DNA from: Mytilus californianus
Lineage: Eukaryota
DNA: 64,000 bases
Direction: 5' to 3'
NCBI RefSeq assembly: GCF_021869535.1
Contig: NW_026262745.1
Span: forward strand, 47,306,001-47,370,000
Shown: one piece after another, positions 1-12,469 of the stretch
Numbering within the stretch: position 1 is the stretch's first letter
How the letters are laid out: each line of letters opens with the position of its first letter
Program-made: the position numbers and the translations under genes
Notes under the pieces: model-generated
What the model was told of the DNA's origin: nothing
What the model saw: only the letters and a program-made list of their open reading frames with translations
The model's database searches: none

Positions 1-310
1 GTCAAGAGCCTGCGTCCAATACCAATGTCAAATAAAATGCTCATTTACAGTTACATTGTACATGTATATTTAGCCCAAAACTGATACCTGGTCATCACTT
101 CCCAAATATTATCGACAGCTTCAAGATTGAACAGAGTAACCCATGAGATATATTTCTGGAACACGTTCACAATGTGTTTGAAAACAAAAATGGAAGACAC
201 CTTTAGGGCAATTAACAACCTTAAGTCGTAAAAAGGCAGATAGCATAATGACCAAACGAACATAGACGAACGAAAATAAGTCCACAATACACAAGACACT
301 ATACATACTA

Positions 311-788
311 AAACAGGAATGTGTCCATAGTACACGGATGCCCCACTCGCACTATAAATTTCTATGTTCAGTGGACAGTGAAATTGGGGTAAAAACTCTA
401 ATTTGGCATTAAAATTAGGAAGATCATATCAAAGGGAACAGGTGTACTAAGTTTCAAGTTGATTTGACCTCAACTTCATCAAAAACTACCTTGACCAAAA
501 ACTTTAACCTGAAGCGACCAAAAACTTTCACCTGAAATTTTCTATGTTCAGTGGACCGTGAAATTGGAGTTAAAACTCTAATTTGGCATTAAAATTAGAA
601 AGATCATATCAAAGGGAACATGTGTACTAAGTTTCAAGTTGATTGGACTTCAACTTCATCAAAATCTACCTTGACCAAAAACTTTAACCTGAAGCGGGAC
701 AGTCGGACGAACGGATGGACGGAAGAACGGACGAACGGACGTACAGACCGAAAAAACATAATGCCCCTATATAGGTGGGGCATAAAAA
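311..788 (+). mobile_element. Helentron-type non-autonomous element (HINE/DINE-like architecture)
   Basis: 5' subterminal motif ATGCCCCAC (338-346); two ~160-bp internal direct repeats (356-515, 536-695); GACG-like microsatellite (~700-745); 3' hairpin ATGCCCC-tatataggt-GGGGCAT followed by an A tract. Confidence 0.65.
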
Positions 789-2473
789 TGTGCAACACGA
801 CGTCATGAGTGAATTCACGTGCTCTGAAAATGTAAGCAGTTCACGCTCCACTAGTGTCCTCCATAGGTTTGCTTATTTAACAAAAACAAAAACAAAACGT
901 GTTATCAATTCAAGCCAGTTCATTCTCTGTATACGTATTTTAGATGATTCTACCACAAACTATTCTGGTAATATGAAATTTAAAATAAAATATAAAATGA
1001 CAGTGACCAAACAAAACAAAACAAACTTTCGTACCTTGATAATGCAACATCCTTTTCTTGTTTAAGGTCTTTAATTTCGTTGTCCTTGTCTTGTAAGCTA
1101 AAACATTTTAATCGGGAAAAAATCGTTAATCTTTAAAAGCAATTGAATTTGTTTCATTTCTCTATTTTGTAGTTGTTAATATTATTAATATTATCATTTT
1201 CTTTTGACTTTTTTTTATAATTTTTCATGACCGCTGCTCCACCAGTGTCATCCGTCGTTTTGCTTAATATTTTCAATTAAACCCGTGCAATCAATATGCA
1301 AGTGCATGTTTAAGATATATCAGTTTGTTCACTACTCTCTAGTCTTTTAGTCTTGGGACAGATGACCCATGCCTTTTATATCCCATTGAAAAACGTTATA
1401 ATGATTTCTTAAAATACCATATTTCATTTGAAGTTTTGGATACATACATGTACAAGTAGAGCTAAACATTACATCTGACAAAATTACAATCTATATAAAA
1501 TGCAATAATAAAAACGAAATAAATTTAGAAGTATAACACCAACCTTTGATCAGTTCAAATGAATTGGTATCAATTAAACAACAGTCTTTGATTAGCTCTA
1601 GTGCATGACTTCTCCAAAATAATCTAGGTCGAGGATGCATGTGCTGTACCATAATTAATTCAATACTACCCTCCCCCCCGAGAAAAAAACAAACAAAACA
1701 AAAATCACCATGTATGTTATCAAGATTTACTTACCGCCACGTAAGATTTTCGACCTCTCCATTCAATTTATCAATTTCCTGTCTGCATTCTGCTTGACTG
1801 AAAAATAGAAATCACATATCTGTATCACAGCACCATTATTTTCTCAATATGTGTACATACATTTAAACCTGGTGTTAATGAATATAACATATGCATTTGA
1901 AAAGTTTACGCTTCGTAAGTTTGAAAATTTATCAAGGTTACTATCGAAATTGCAGTGTAAGGCGATGGATTTCAATATTAAGTTATTTCCCGTCGCCGCA
2001 ATGTTGAAGGACAAAACTGGTTGATTTTAGTATTTGACTAAGTAGATTACAAAATGCGAAAAGAAAGTCTGATTACAGATACTTACTACACGTAGATCGT
2101 TGTGATGAATTACAAAAAAAAAATGTATGCCAGGCTTTAACCAACGAAAACTGTTTAGAAACATTTTTTTAGTTTATAGCGAAGTCTATAGAAAGGACCA
2201 ACCAGCAAATTTAATATCACGGTACCGGATCGTATAGAATAAACGATACTGCGCAGATAAGGAAAACATTATATAAGCCTAAAGATTTGCACAACGGTAC
2301 TTGTATAAGATGGTACTATACGAAGATGATATAATAAAATCGTGTCACTCCAATGAATGTTCTGTTCAGCCACTAGGATTTTCATGCGGTTAAAGTCATC
2401 AAGTTTGTGACCCGACTGTCTGAAATGCTGAAGGAGTGGCGTCTTATAGATATCACTCCTACTAGTGTCGGTT

Positions 2474-2612
2474 CACAAACTTGATGACTTATACCGCTTG
2501 GAAATCCTAGTGATTGAACAGAATATCACTGGAGTGATGCCCAGCGACAGGTTCGGGAAAGCTTTTGGATAAAGGAACTAAATGTACATCATTTAAACGA
2601 CATCAATAAGAA
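2474..2612 (+). pseudogene. GIY-YIG endonuclease C-terminal remnant (PLE)
   Basis: Manual translation with one frameshift gives HKLDDLYRLEILVIEQN..WSDAQRQVRESFWIKEL. The inverted copy reads HKLDDFNRMKILVAEQNIHWSD in frame. This matches the R..RE.FWI..L pattern of Penelope endonucleases. Confidence 0.6.
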
Positions 2613-3663
2613 ATACCAGCAGTTTTATAGAGGGACTCTTCTTTTATTTTACACACATTCTTACATACTACTGCATTTTGACAATCTGGGATGTATATAT
2701 ACGCAGGAACGTTGACAGAGGATTGAGTTTTGTTTTATGTGATGAGGTTCAAGATTTGGGATTAAATCAATAGACAAAAACTAACCTGTATTACTGAGCT
2801 ATTTTACATAAACAATTAGTATTGTTACGAATTACTGTTTAGGAAAATTATAATATATCTACAGTTATATATTTTCCGATACCTCTATGAATTTCCCATT
2901 TGATCTTTTTATCATTGAAAACAGCATCGAAATCGTCCCTTTATCCTTGGTTGCTATAAGACGCTTTACCTATACAGGTGTTACCAGGGTGCTCTCTTCG
3001 AGGTCCGCGTTCGAAGCATTAATAGTGGGTAGCTATTCAGTTCAAGTTGTCATTTGTACCGAAGACAGCAGACAGTGAACATCGGAAAGGTTGGAAAGGA
3101 AGTAGTTTACAGCAGGGAGAATGTTTAGTTTAAGTGAAGTGAAGTGCTTGGAACCTGCGGACAGAATATAGAAAGGCTGAAACTGTTGGTTCGGTACAGA
3201 TTGTCCAAACAGGGCTGGCGCTAAGGTTTTGCGTCTCACATCTCTCACTATTGCAGTGAGTGTTTGCTGACATACCATGCCTTAGTGCTACCCTATTGTT
3301 CCGACAGTCAAAGACATATTTGTTTAATAAAGTTTCATACGAAAGTTTACACCAGTTCAAATAGTTTCCATACATTCGTTTTAATAGGTTCCATACATTT
3401 AGGTTTCAGCCTATAGTTCCAAACATTTGGTTTTAAACAAGTATTAGACTGAAAGGGTTTTAGACAGTTTAATTTACAAGGTTCGGGTTAGGTTGATAGG
3501 TGTTGAAATTCGTTTTATGAAGTATTTGTTTTATATTGAGTAGTATAGCGTAAACTGTTTGACTTTAAACATTTTGCATTTGCTCTTCAAATCCCAGGGA
3601 ACCCGAGGATAAAAATATTAAAACGCCCTCGCCCGGTTACACGTAACAGTATTGTAAACATTC

Positions 3664-3707
3664 TTAACACTGACGAAGGCTATTTGTTAAGCCGAAATAT
3701 TTGCCAA
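3664..3707 (+). ncRNA. Minimal type I hammerhead ribozyme-like motif (PLE-associated, stem I degenerate)
   Basis: CTGACGA (3670-3676), stem II GGCT/AGCC, GAAA (3694-3697), palindromic ATAT stem III; stem I pairs only 4 of 6. Confidence 0.5.
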
Positions 3708-4048
3708 CACGATTTTATCATATCATTTTCGTATATTACCATCTTATATTAGTACCGTTGTGCAAATCTGTAGACTATATAACTGACGTATTATGCAATA
3801 ATGTCTGCTAATACAGAACAAAGGTGTCTCATTTTAGTAAACATGGCGATACTAAATTAATATGTCTGCATGTAAGATGACATGAATATTATTACAAAGG
3901 CAACATTTCTTCATATTTGGATTAAAACATACCTTGCTGGATATTTGCCCTTACCGACTGTTCCTCCAAGTTGGTCATAACCACTGCATATGGAAAACAT
4001 AAACAAAAACATGAACAGTTTCCTCATTATCTAAATTAATATGTTAAT

Positions 4049-4760
4049 TATAATCTAAAGTATAATAGCTTTCTTCCAATAATTAAAATGTTCTATTCAC
4101 CATTTGATTTTAATTTCTTTTTTATTTTTTTAAAATTTTTTTGTTTATTATAATTCATATTGGATTACAAGTGGGAGGTTTAGCTAATGATAAAACCAGG
4201 GTTAACCCATAAGTTTCTTCGGAAATGCCTGTACCAAGTCAGGAATATGACGGTTGTTTCCATTGGTTGATAAAGTCTAACATTTGATTTTGTCAGGTTT
4301 TGAGGACTTCCACCTATTTTTAATTTCGCTTGGAGTTCGGTATTGTTGTTAATATTTATTCAGATGAACACAGGACTTGAGCATTTTTTTTCTTCAGTAT
4401 AATCTAAAGTATAATAGCTTTCTTCCAATAATTAAAATGTTCTTTTCACAATTGGTTTTTAATTTGTTTTTAATTTTTTTAAAGGTTTTGTTTATTATAA
4501 TTCATATTATAACTTTAAACTACTGTCATACAAGTGGGAGGTTTAGCTAACGATAAAACCAGGGTTAACCCATAAGTTTCTTCGGAAATGCCTGTACCAA
4601 GTCAGGAATATGACGGTGGTTTCCATTGGTTGATAAAGTCTAACATTTGATTTTGTCAGGTTTTGAGGACTTCCACCTATTTTTAATTTCGCTTGGAGTT
4701 CGGTATTGTTGTTAATATTTATTCAGATGAACACAGGACTTGAGTTTTTTTTTTTTTTTT
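4049..4760. repeat. Tandem duplication of a ~350-bp unit containing a dispersed repeat
   Basis: Unit starting TATAATCTAAAGTATAATAGC recurs at 4049 and 4398 with high identity. Confidence 0.85.
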
Positions 4761-6406
4761 CAATATAACACGATTATGACTAAAAATAAACATGTAAGTC
4801 ATTTTGACTAAACGCAATATTTTAATTTTCATAATATCCATATATCTGTTTTAACATGCAAGACATTAGTTAAAATTAAAATGACTGGTTGCTTATAAGG
4901 CATTTTCGATTAACGTTTAATTCAAATGTTGCTTTATTTATGTAAAATTGTAAGAATACTTAAGATATTCAACTAACAGCTTGGTACAAACAGATGACAT
5001 TTATGTTTTGTGACAACGAGCAAACAATTTTAAATGATTGATATATTGTTGTTGAATAGGAATTTATCATAAATGAAGTGTGTGTGTGTTTGTGTGCTTG
5101 TCAATAGTGAATATGTTCTAAAAAAGAATATAACACATACCTTTTAAGCCCTACCCTAAAAAGGAAAATCAATGTAAATACAAAAATCAAATACAGAATC
5201 AGTAGAAGCAATACATACAAAAATCCTTCTACCACCCTTTCTTTCAATGGTAAAATAGAGTACATTATGCATTTTATTTCTCAAGCTTTTCAATACATGC
5301 ATGCGCCTACGGCAATAAGCAGTTAACACTAATAGCAAGGTTTTGAAATTCCATTTCATTCTTATTCGGTATTGATGTCATATAACCAAACATTCTTAAA
5401 TTATGGTCATCTATTTTTAATTAGTTCTTTATTATTTTCACATCTCATTTTTTCACCGTTTTAAATGAAGCAGAAGAATTGCGGCAAAAAAAAAAAGACA
5501 TGTAGGAAAAATATGTCATATGCTGGAGAACAAATAGACAAGCAGTATTTAAATATACGCTATAGAAGCCATACTCATAACAATCTAGAAGCGATATAAA
5601 AATATATATTACGCTTTAGAAGTATATGTATTATACATAGGTTTATTTGGATATAAGTTCCACTTTTTTGGTAAGAATAAATGGTTCAAAATTTAACAAA
5701 TAACGAAACTTAAATATTAATAAAAATCTTTTTTCCTACAGGATATCGCTTGTTAACTGTCTTCAATAAAATTTATAAGTTATATACAACGTTCTGAATG
5801 TATAAAGTAACACACGTGATTTATACAGAACTAATTTATATACTGGATGCCAAGAGAAATGGACTTCATCATATCCAATATCAGAATAAGAAAATGTGGT
5901 ACGATTAACATTGAGACAACTATCCAACAGAGACCAAAGCAGTAGATGCATATATATATATAGGTTACCACACGGCCTTCAACAATAAGATAAAGCCAAA
6001 CCATATAGCACACTAGACAGTTATGAAAGATCCCGACATTACAAAGTGTTTAACAATTCAACCCAGAAACCGTACTGCTTAATTCATGTACAAAACAATA
6101 AACGAAAAACAAATATGATAACCAGCAACCAACGCCAAGGCCATTTGGTTCCTCTTTGAATAAAAAAACAAAAACGTTTATAAATAGTTTGGTCTCAAAT
6201 CGACTTGTTCAGTTCAGACACGTGCGATTAGTACTAGTCAGATAGGGGTCAAAATCAAAACGCAAATGTGATGACACTGGACCAAATAAAAAGATAAGTT
6301 GTTAACATGCATTGCATTTAACTTTCATATTCACATGACGTGGCTGCGAATTCAAAAAACCGAAAGTTCCTCTTGATTTTACTAACGAATTGGTTAAATG
6401 CTGGTG

Positions 6407-7326
6407 ACCATATTTCTCACCCAAGGACAATCCTTGGGTTTCGTAACAAAATTTTACGCGTAATTTGAGTTTCTTCAAGACAAAATGACCTTAAAATTAC
6501 AGAAAAACAGAACTCTCAGTCTGGATGACCCAAATTCAGACCCTCAGTCTGCACAAATCTCAAATAAATTGCTTCGCCGAGCGCAGCTGGATACGACCGC
6601 AGAAGTCCAACCCTGAACAGTTGGGGCAAAAATGGACACAATATTCGTGCTTGATACAGGTCTGAATTTGGATTGAAATTAAATGTTTGACACATAATAG
6701 GTTTCTGACACAGAATAACTGTAGTCAAAGAACTTAGAATTGGTTATATGATTTAAATTTATATTCAATTGTTTTCTTTTGTGCAATAAGCATAGTTGCA
6801 AATTGACCCCCCCCCCCCCCGCAAAAAAAAAAATTTCACCCCCCTTTTTTTTGGCAAAAAAATTTTACCATATTTCTCACCCAAGGACAATCCTTGGGTT
6901 TCGTAACAAAATTTTACGCGTAATTTGAGTTTCTTCAAGACAAAATGACCTTAAAATTACAGAAAAACAGAACTCTCAGTCTGGATGACCCAAATTCAGA
7001 CCCTCAGTCTGCACAAATCTCAAATAAATTGCTTCGCCGAGCGCAGCTGGATACGACCGCAGAAGTCCAACCCTGAACAGTTGGGGCAAAAATGGACACA
7101 ATATTCGTGCTTGATACAGGTCTGAATTTGGATTGAAATTAAATGTTTGACACATAATAGGTTTCTGACACAGAATAACTGTAGTCAAAGAACTTAGAAT
7201 TGGTTATATGATTTAAATTTATATTCAATTGTTTTCTTTTGTGCAATAAGCATAGTTGCAAATTGACACCCCCCCCCCCCCCCGCAAAAAAAAAAATTTC
7301 ACCCCCTTTTTTTTGGCAAAAAATTT
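6407..7326. repeat. Near-identical 460-bp tandem duplication
   Basis: ACCATATTTCTCACCC at 6407 and 6867; identical ORF-track peptides at 6516 and 6976; differences confined mostly to C/A homopolymers. Confidence 0.9.
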
Positions 7327-7991
7327 TTTTTTCACCCCAACCCTTTTCTCTTTAATTTCTGAAATCTTTAATGAGAAAAAAAAATTCTTTCCCTCAAGAT
7401 ATGGTCAAATCTCAATTCAAATTTCCAATGGAGTTTGCAACCATAATTACCAATCTAAATACATCATAAAAGTCTTAAATAGATAATTTAAAAGCAGTGT
7501 AAGGGAGGTAATCATACACTGTCCAACATTCTACAATTTTGTTTTTGGATTACCTCCCTTACACTGCTTTTAAATTGTCCATTAAACAGGAAACCCTTGT
7601 TTTTTCCCCTTTTTTGCCCCTAATTCCATAACGGTTTGAGAAATAACCTCCAAAGCCAATCATAACCATCCCTTTGTGGTATGGAAACTTGTGGTATAAT
7701 TTCAGAGAGATCCATACACTTAAACACAAGTTATTGTCTGGAAGTTACAAAAATGCTTATTTTTGGCCACTTTTTGGCCCCTAATTCCTTAACTGTTGGT
7801 ACCATAACCCCCAAAACCAATCCCAATCTTCCTTTTGTGGTATTGAACCTTATGGTAAAATAGAGATCCATTCACTTGAACTAAAGTTATTGTGCGAAAA
7901 CCAATGTGTCTTCGGACGACGACGACGACGACGACGACGCCAACGTCATACCAATATACGACCGCAAACATTTTTTGCGGTCGTATAAAAA
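6555..7991 (+). mobile_element. Helentron-type non-autonomous element (second family), 5' part duplicated
   Basis: 5' motif ATACGACCGCA; (GAC)n microsatellite 7915-7938; 3' hairpin TATACGACCGCAAA...TTTGCGGTCGTATA (7955-7987) followed by an A tract. The 5' boundary is approximate. Confidence 0.6.
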
Positions 7992-10599
7992 CGGTAAATG
8001 CTGTAACAATAGACATGTTGACGATTTAATCGGGCATGCTTGATACAAACCTTAGTCGTCAATAATATCGACTACATGTTCTCCAAACAATCCTAGAAAC
8101 ATATTAAATATTCATGTGGAAAAGCGTAAATTTGAAGATTGACAATTTCAACGACTAACATTTTCACTTTATTATGTTAGTGAAGTCATTAAATTGAAGT
8201 AGTACTTTACATTTTATATCTTGATGTGATTTCATCAGCTACATTACGCAGAAATAATGATTATTGAGTATTAATGGAAAAATAATCCATAACATTTTTT
8301 TAAAGTTTCAACACATGAAAATTAAGGTATTTACGCTTTTCTTTAAATTTTAAACATGCATATTTATGAGGCACATACCTGGATTGTCTAGAAAACCAAC
8401 AAATTGGTCTGAAAACATGAAGATTAATGAAGTTTTAGCTTTTGTACCAACTGATTAGAAATGGAAACGTATACGTCCTCTGTAACATACAATCTAACAA
8501 CTCTAGGAACATCGTAGAGGCAGACAAACATTGCAGTAAAACTGAACCCGAATAAGCTATTTGTTATATTTTAAAAAATCAATCGCTTCATTAATTCCTC
8601 GGAAAGAGTAACCCGAATAGTTATTGTTAAGATAACTACAGTATGATTATTTTGGCGTTCTGAGATTAAAAATAGCCGCTATTGATAAGCAATACTTAAA
8701 ATCAGACATTGTATTAAAAAATGTACAAAGGAAGGGCTACTAAATTATATATGTATAACAATAGATTATACGAATATTCATATTAAAACTAAAAAAGCGT
8801 TTATATATTTCGTGCCGATTTGAAATTCAAAAAACGGACTTCGGCAACGGGTTCTGATTTATTTCTTCCTAGAAGTATATTATTCTGTTAAATATATACA
8901 ATTAAAAATTACTCTAAAATATACAATTCTAATCATTTTCAGTATTTATCATTATAATGTTATAAACAATTCGTATTTAAAAAAAAACAACGCTTAACAC
9001 CCAAAAAGTCACTGAAAGATAGATTTTGTGTTAGTTTTTCAACTTAAAAATGACATAGAAATATATATATATACGAAAAGTGTAAGTGAAATACAGAACT
9101 CAAATTTTTTTTTTATAAATAGATAATATATGAATATATAGGTATTTATAACCATATCCCACTTATATAAAAGAAAGTCTTTGAAAAATGTGTTGCACAT
9201 GCACATTTGAATTTAATGCTTTTCATATTTGAAAAAAATAAATCTATTAGGTTAGATAAGCAAACGAACTTGAATATGATTCCATAATAAACCACACAAT
9301 CTTAGTCAGAACCCTTATCAGCATAAATTATGTTTACAATTTTCGCATCATAATGAATATGTAAGTAAGCTTATTTTCAACTTAATCTGACTACAACTAC
9401 ATTGTTAACAAATGGTTACCTAGTTTAAACCATTTGGAACATTTAACCTGATACGAAAGAACGGGCGCAAGGACGCACAGAATGGAAACAATATACCCCT
9501 GCTATTATCAAATTGAGAATGGAAATGGGGAATGTGTCAAAGAGACAACAACCCGACCAAAGAGCAGAAAACAGCCGAAGGCCACCAATGGGTCTTCAAC
9601 ACAGCGATTAAATCCCGCACCCAGAGGCGGGATTCAGCTGGCCCCTAAACAAAAATGTGTACTAGTTCAGTGAAAATCGACGTCATACTTAACTCCAAAA
9701 CATATAAATGCACTAAAATTAAAAATCATACAAGACTAACGAAGGTCAGAGGCTCCTGAATTGGGACAGGCGCAAACATGCGGCGGGGTTAATAGATATA
9801 AGAAGATGTGGTATGAGTGCCAATGAGACAACCCTCCATCCAAGTCAAAATTTATAAAAGTAAACCATTATAGGTCAAAGTACGGTCTTCAACATGGAGC
9901 CTTGGCTCAATCCGAACAGCAAGCTATAAAGGGCCCAAAAATTACTAGTTTAAAACCATTCAAACTGGAAAACCAATGGTCTAATCTATATAAAAAACGA
10001 GAAACACTTATGAACCACATCAACAAACGACAACTACTGAACATCAGATTCCTGACTTAGGACAGGTGCAAACAATTGCAGCGGGTTTAAACGTTTTAAT
10101 GGTACCAAAGCTTTAGCCTTATCTGAAACAATAGTGTAACATCACAACATAGAAAAACACACTATAAAATATCAATTGAAATGGCTTAACTCAATCAAAA
10201 GACATATTAACACCGGTGAACATACACTGAACAAATAAATTTTATCTATGATACAATGCAAATACAAAATAAATAAACTAAGGGAAGAATAATTAAAGTA
10301 ACATGTTATACCGCTGTGAAATGTTAAACAATTTAAGAAAAACAATATACTTGAACAAAAATATCAGCCACTTCCATTACTATAAACACAGGTTTATAAA
10401 AATAATTTTGTTGTTAGGTATACGTGTACAGTTCAGTTAGAGAAAGGAAATATTTTTACAAAATAAATAATTTTGATGTTCATTGTACGAAGAAGAGAAA
10501 ATTTATAGTAATCCCAAACACTTATCAAAGCTGGTATATAGACCAGATATAACCCTGAATAACATTAAATAACAAAAAAGCATTACAATTAGTATCAAC

Positions 10600-11095
10600 A
10601 GGTCATAAACAAGAAAGTACGATTTGAGAGTACTCGCAGTTACTGACAGCTAGTTAAAAACCAAAAACAATTAATAATAAAAAATCATGCATCAGAGACT
10701 AAAATCGACTAAAACACATCCCAGGGATTTATTATTTTAACGTCATGGACAATCAAAGAAGACATGACTTGTGCAATGCCAAAAAATAAATATGTATTGA
10801 CAGGCAGTAGGCTAGATAGGAGTTAACCTCTTTATAGATCAAAATGAACGTGGGTGTGTCTTTATACATCCCGTTTGAAAAGAATAAAAATTTAGTTATG
10901 TTTTAATTCGCTGATGACAAAATCGATACTAGTGCCAATGTAAACTATATTCAAAGATCTAATTACAACATTGGTAAGATAACCTTTACTAATAAGTTTG
11001 TTTAAAGGTTCGATTAGTTTACATGGATCACATAGTGATTTCCGCGCTATGACCGTAAAATTTAGGATGTGAAATACCATTTTTAATCAGTTTTC
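10600..11095 (-). mobile_element. Naiad-type PLE 3' fragment (RT C-terminus plus 3' UTR)
   Basis: ORF 10892-11080 (KLIEPLNKLISKGY..VIRSLNIVYIGTSIDFVISELKHN) aligns with the C-terminus of the RT ending at 23464; the downstream sequence resembles 23520-23700. Confidence 0.8.
10692..10762 (-). promoter_or_regulatory. SECIS element (type II) in PLE 3' UTR
   Basis: On the minus strand: ATGA (10746-10743), 12 nt, then AAA; helix II GTTAAAATA/TGTTTTAGT; mini-stem ATCC/GGAT; 3' CGAT quartet strand; helix I GATTG/TAGTC. Confidence 0.7.
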
Positions 11096-11706
11096 TACAG
11101 GTACAGCCAAATTTACAAATCAAATCTTTGTATCTATGAAAGAATTTAGTAAATGTTAAACATGTTTAGTGAGATCTCAACCCTCCCCCTATACCTCTAG
11201 CCAATGCAGAAAAAACCAACACACAGCAATACGCACAGTAAAACTAAGTTAAAAAGAAATCTGAGTCCGATGTCAGAATAGGTAACAAAAAGAAACTAAG
11301 CAAAATGACAATGATATACTGGTAATACATACTATGTAGATGTCCGAGAGAAATTTAGACTTCAATTTAATTCAAAATAGAACAGTCTAAGTATTTAATG
11401 CATCTTTTCTGTAATTTTAATGGGTTAAAACGGACACAAGATAGCCTGCTGAATACATTTTATCTGGATAAAGAAAAAGATGTCATTTGAATACTGACCA
11501 GCCTAGACAGAACTCCCAACATCTAACCATATAAAACATGTGCCAATTAAAGTTAGTGTAGAACAAAGTAACATAATTGGTGTTTGTTGATTTGATTTTT
11601 AAACCTTGCAATTTTATTTTATTCGTGATCTCAACTTACCGACAACATAAACAGCAAAAAAAATACTTAATCTGAAATAAATTAACAAAATAAACAATAC
11701 ATGTAT

Positions 11707-11792
11707 TTATAAGAAATGGTACATAAGCACAGACAAGTAATTATAAGAAATGGTACATACGCACAGACAAGAAATTATACGAAATGGTACAT
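11707..11792. repeat. 34-bp minisatellite, ~2.5 copies
   Basis: TTATAAGAAATGGTACATA.GCACAGACAAG.AA recurs at 11707, 11741 and 11775. Confidence 0.85.
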
Positions 11793-12153
11793 GCATGTAA
11801 CCAGAGACAAACAATATGAGGCATAATACGCTAAAGGTTTAAAATGTTGAATATTACTATACCTTTGATAAATAATTACAAGATTGAACAGTTATAGTCA
11901 TAATCATGTGGAAATGCCTTAAATCATAATTAGTTAATTTTATTATACTTCATCATTCATGTCAAAATGCCCGATTTTGATTGGTTAATACGAGGGAGAC
12001 AATTTACTCTATCCCATGGCAAATACTCTACTACCCTTCACGGAAACGCTTGCTCAAGTGTGCGCTTTAACAAATACGGATGATTGTTATGTACAATTAC
12101 TTTACATTTTGAAATTTAATAGACAGTAATAACAGAAGATTCAGAATAATAAA

Positions 12154-12296
12154 TTAAATAACACATATCTGAGAAGGTGATAGAGCAGATTGTTACCCCA
12201 AGAAAAGACATTGTCAACCTTAGCTTCGCCTCAGTTGACAATGTTTTCTCGGGGTAACAATCTGCTCTATCACCATCTCAGCTATGTGTTACTTAA
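12154..12296. mobile_element. Palindromic (foldback) MITE
   Basis: Near-perfect inverted repeat AACACATATCTGAGAAGGTGATAGAGCAGATTGTTACCCC...GGGGTAACAATCTGCTCTATCACCATCTCAGCTATGTGTT with a short central loop. Confidence 0.75.
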
Positions 12297-12426
12297 ATAG
12301 TATCATGTCTATGACTGTTAGCGTTGAATTTTGTTACATTCTTTATACCAAAATTTAGTCATTTTCCATCGGAAATGATATACATATATATATAAAGTCA
12401 TTATAGATACCAGGTTTGAATTTTGT

Positions 12427-12469
12427 ACGCCAGACGCGTGTTTCGTCTAAAAAGACTCATCAGTGACGC
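12427..12469 (-). ncRNA. Type I hammerhead ribozyme, intact core (family B)
   Basis: Minus strand GCGTCA-CTGATGA-GTC(ttttta)GAC-GAAA-CACGCG-TC/TGGCGT; stem I GCGTCA/TGGCGT; predicted cleavage after GTC, between 12433 and 12432. Confidence 0.8.

Larger units (their letters stand above)
2283..3769. mobile_element. Penelope-like element 3' fragment with an inverted 5' partial copy
   Basis: 2283-2345 is the reverse complement of 3707-3769. 2345-2417 is the reverse complement of 2464-2537. A GIY-YIG C-terminal peptide and a hammerhead-like core lie inside. Confidence 0.65.
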
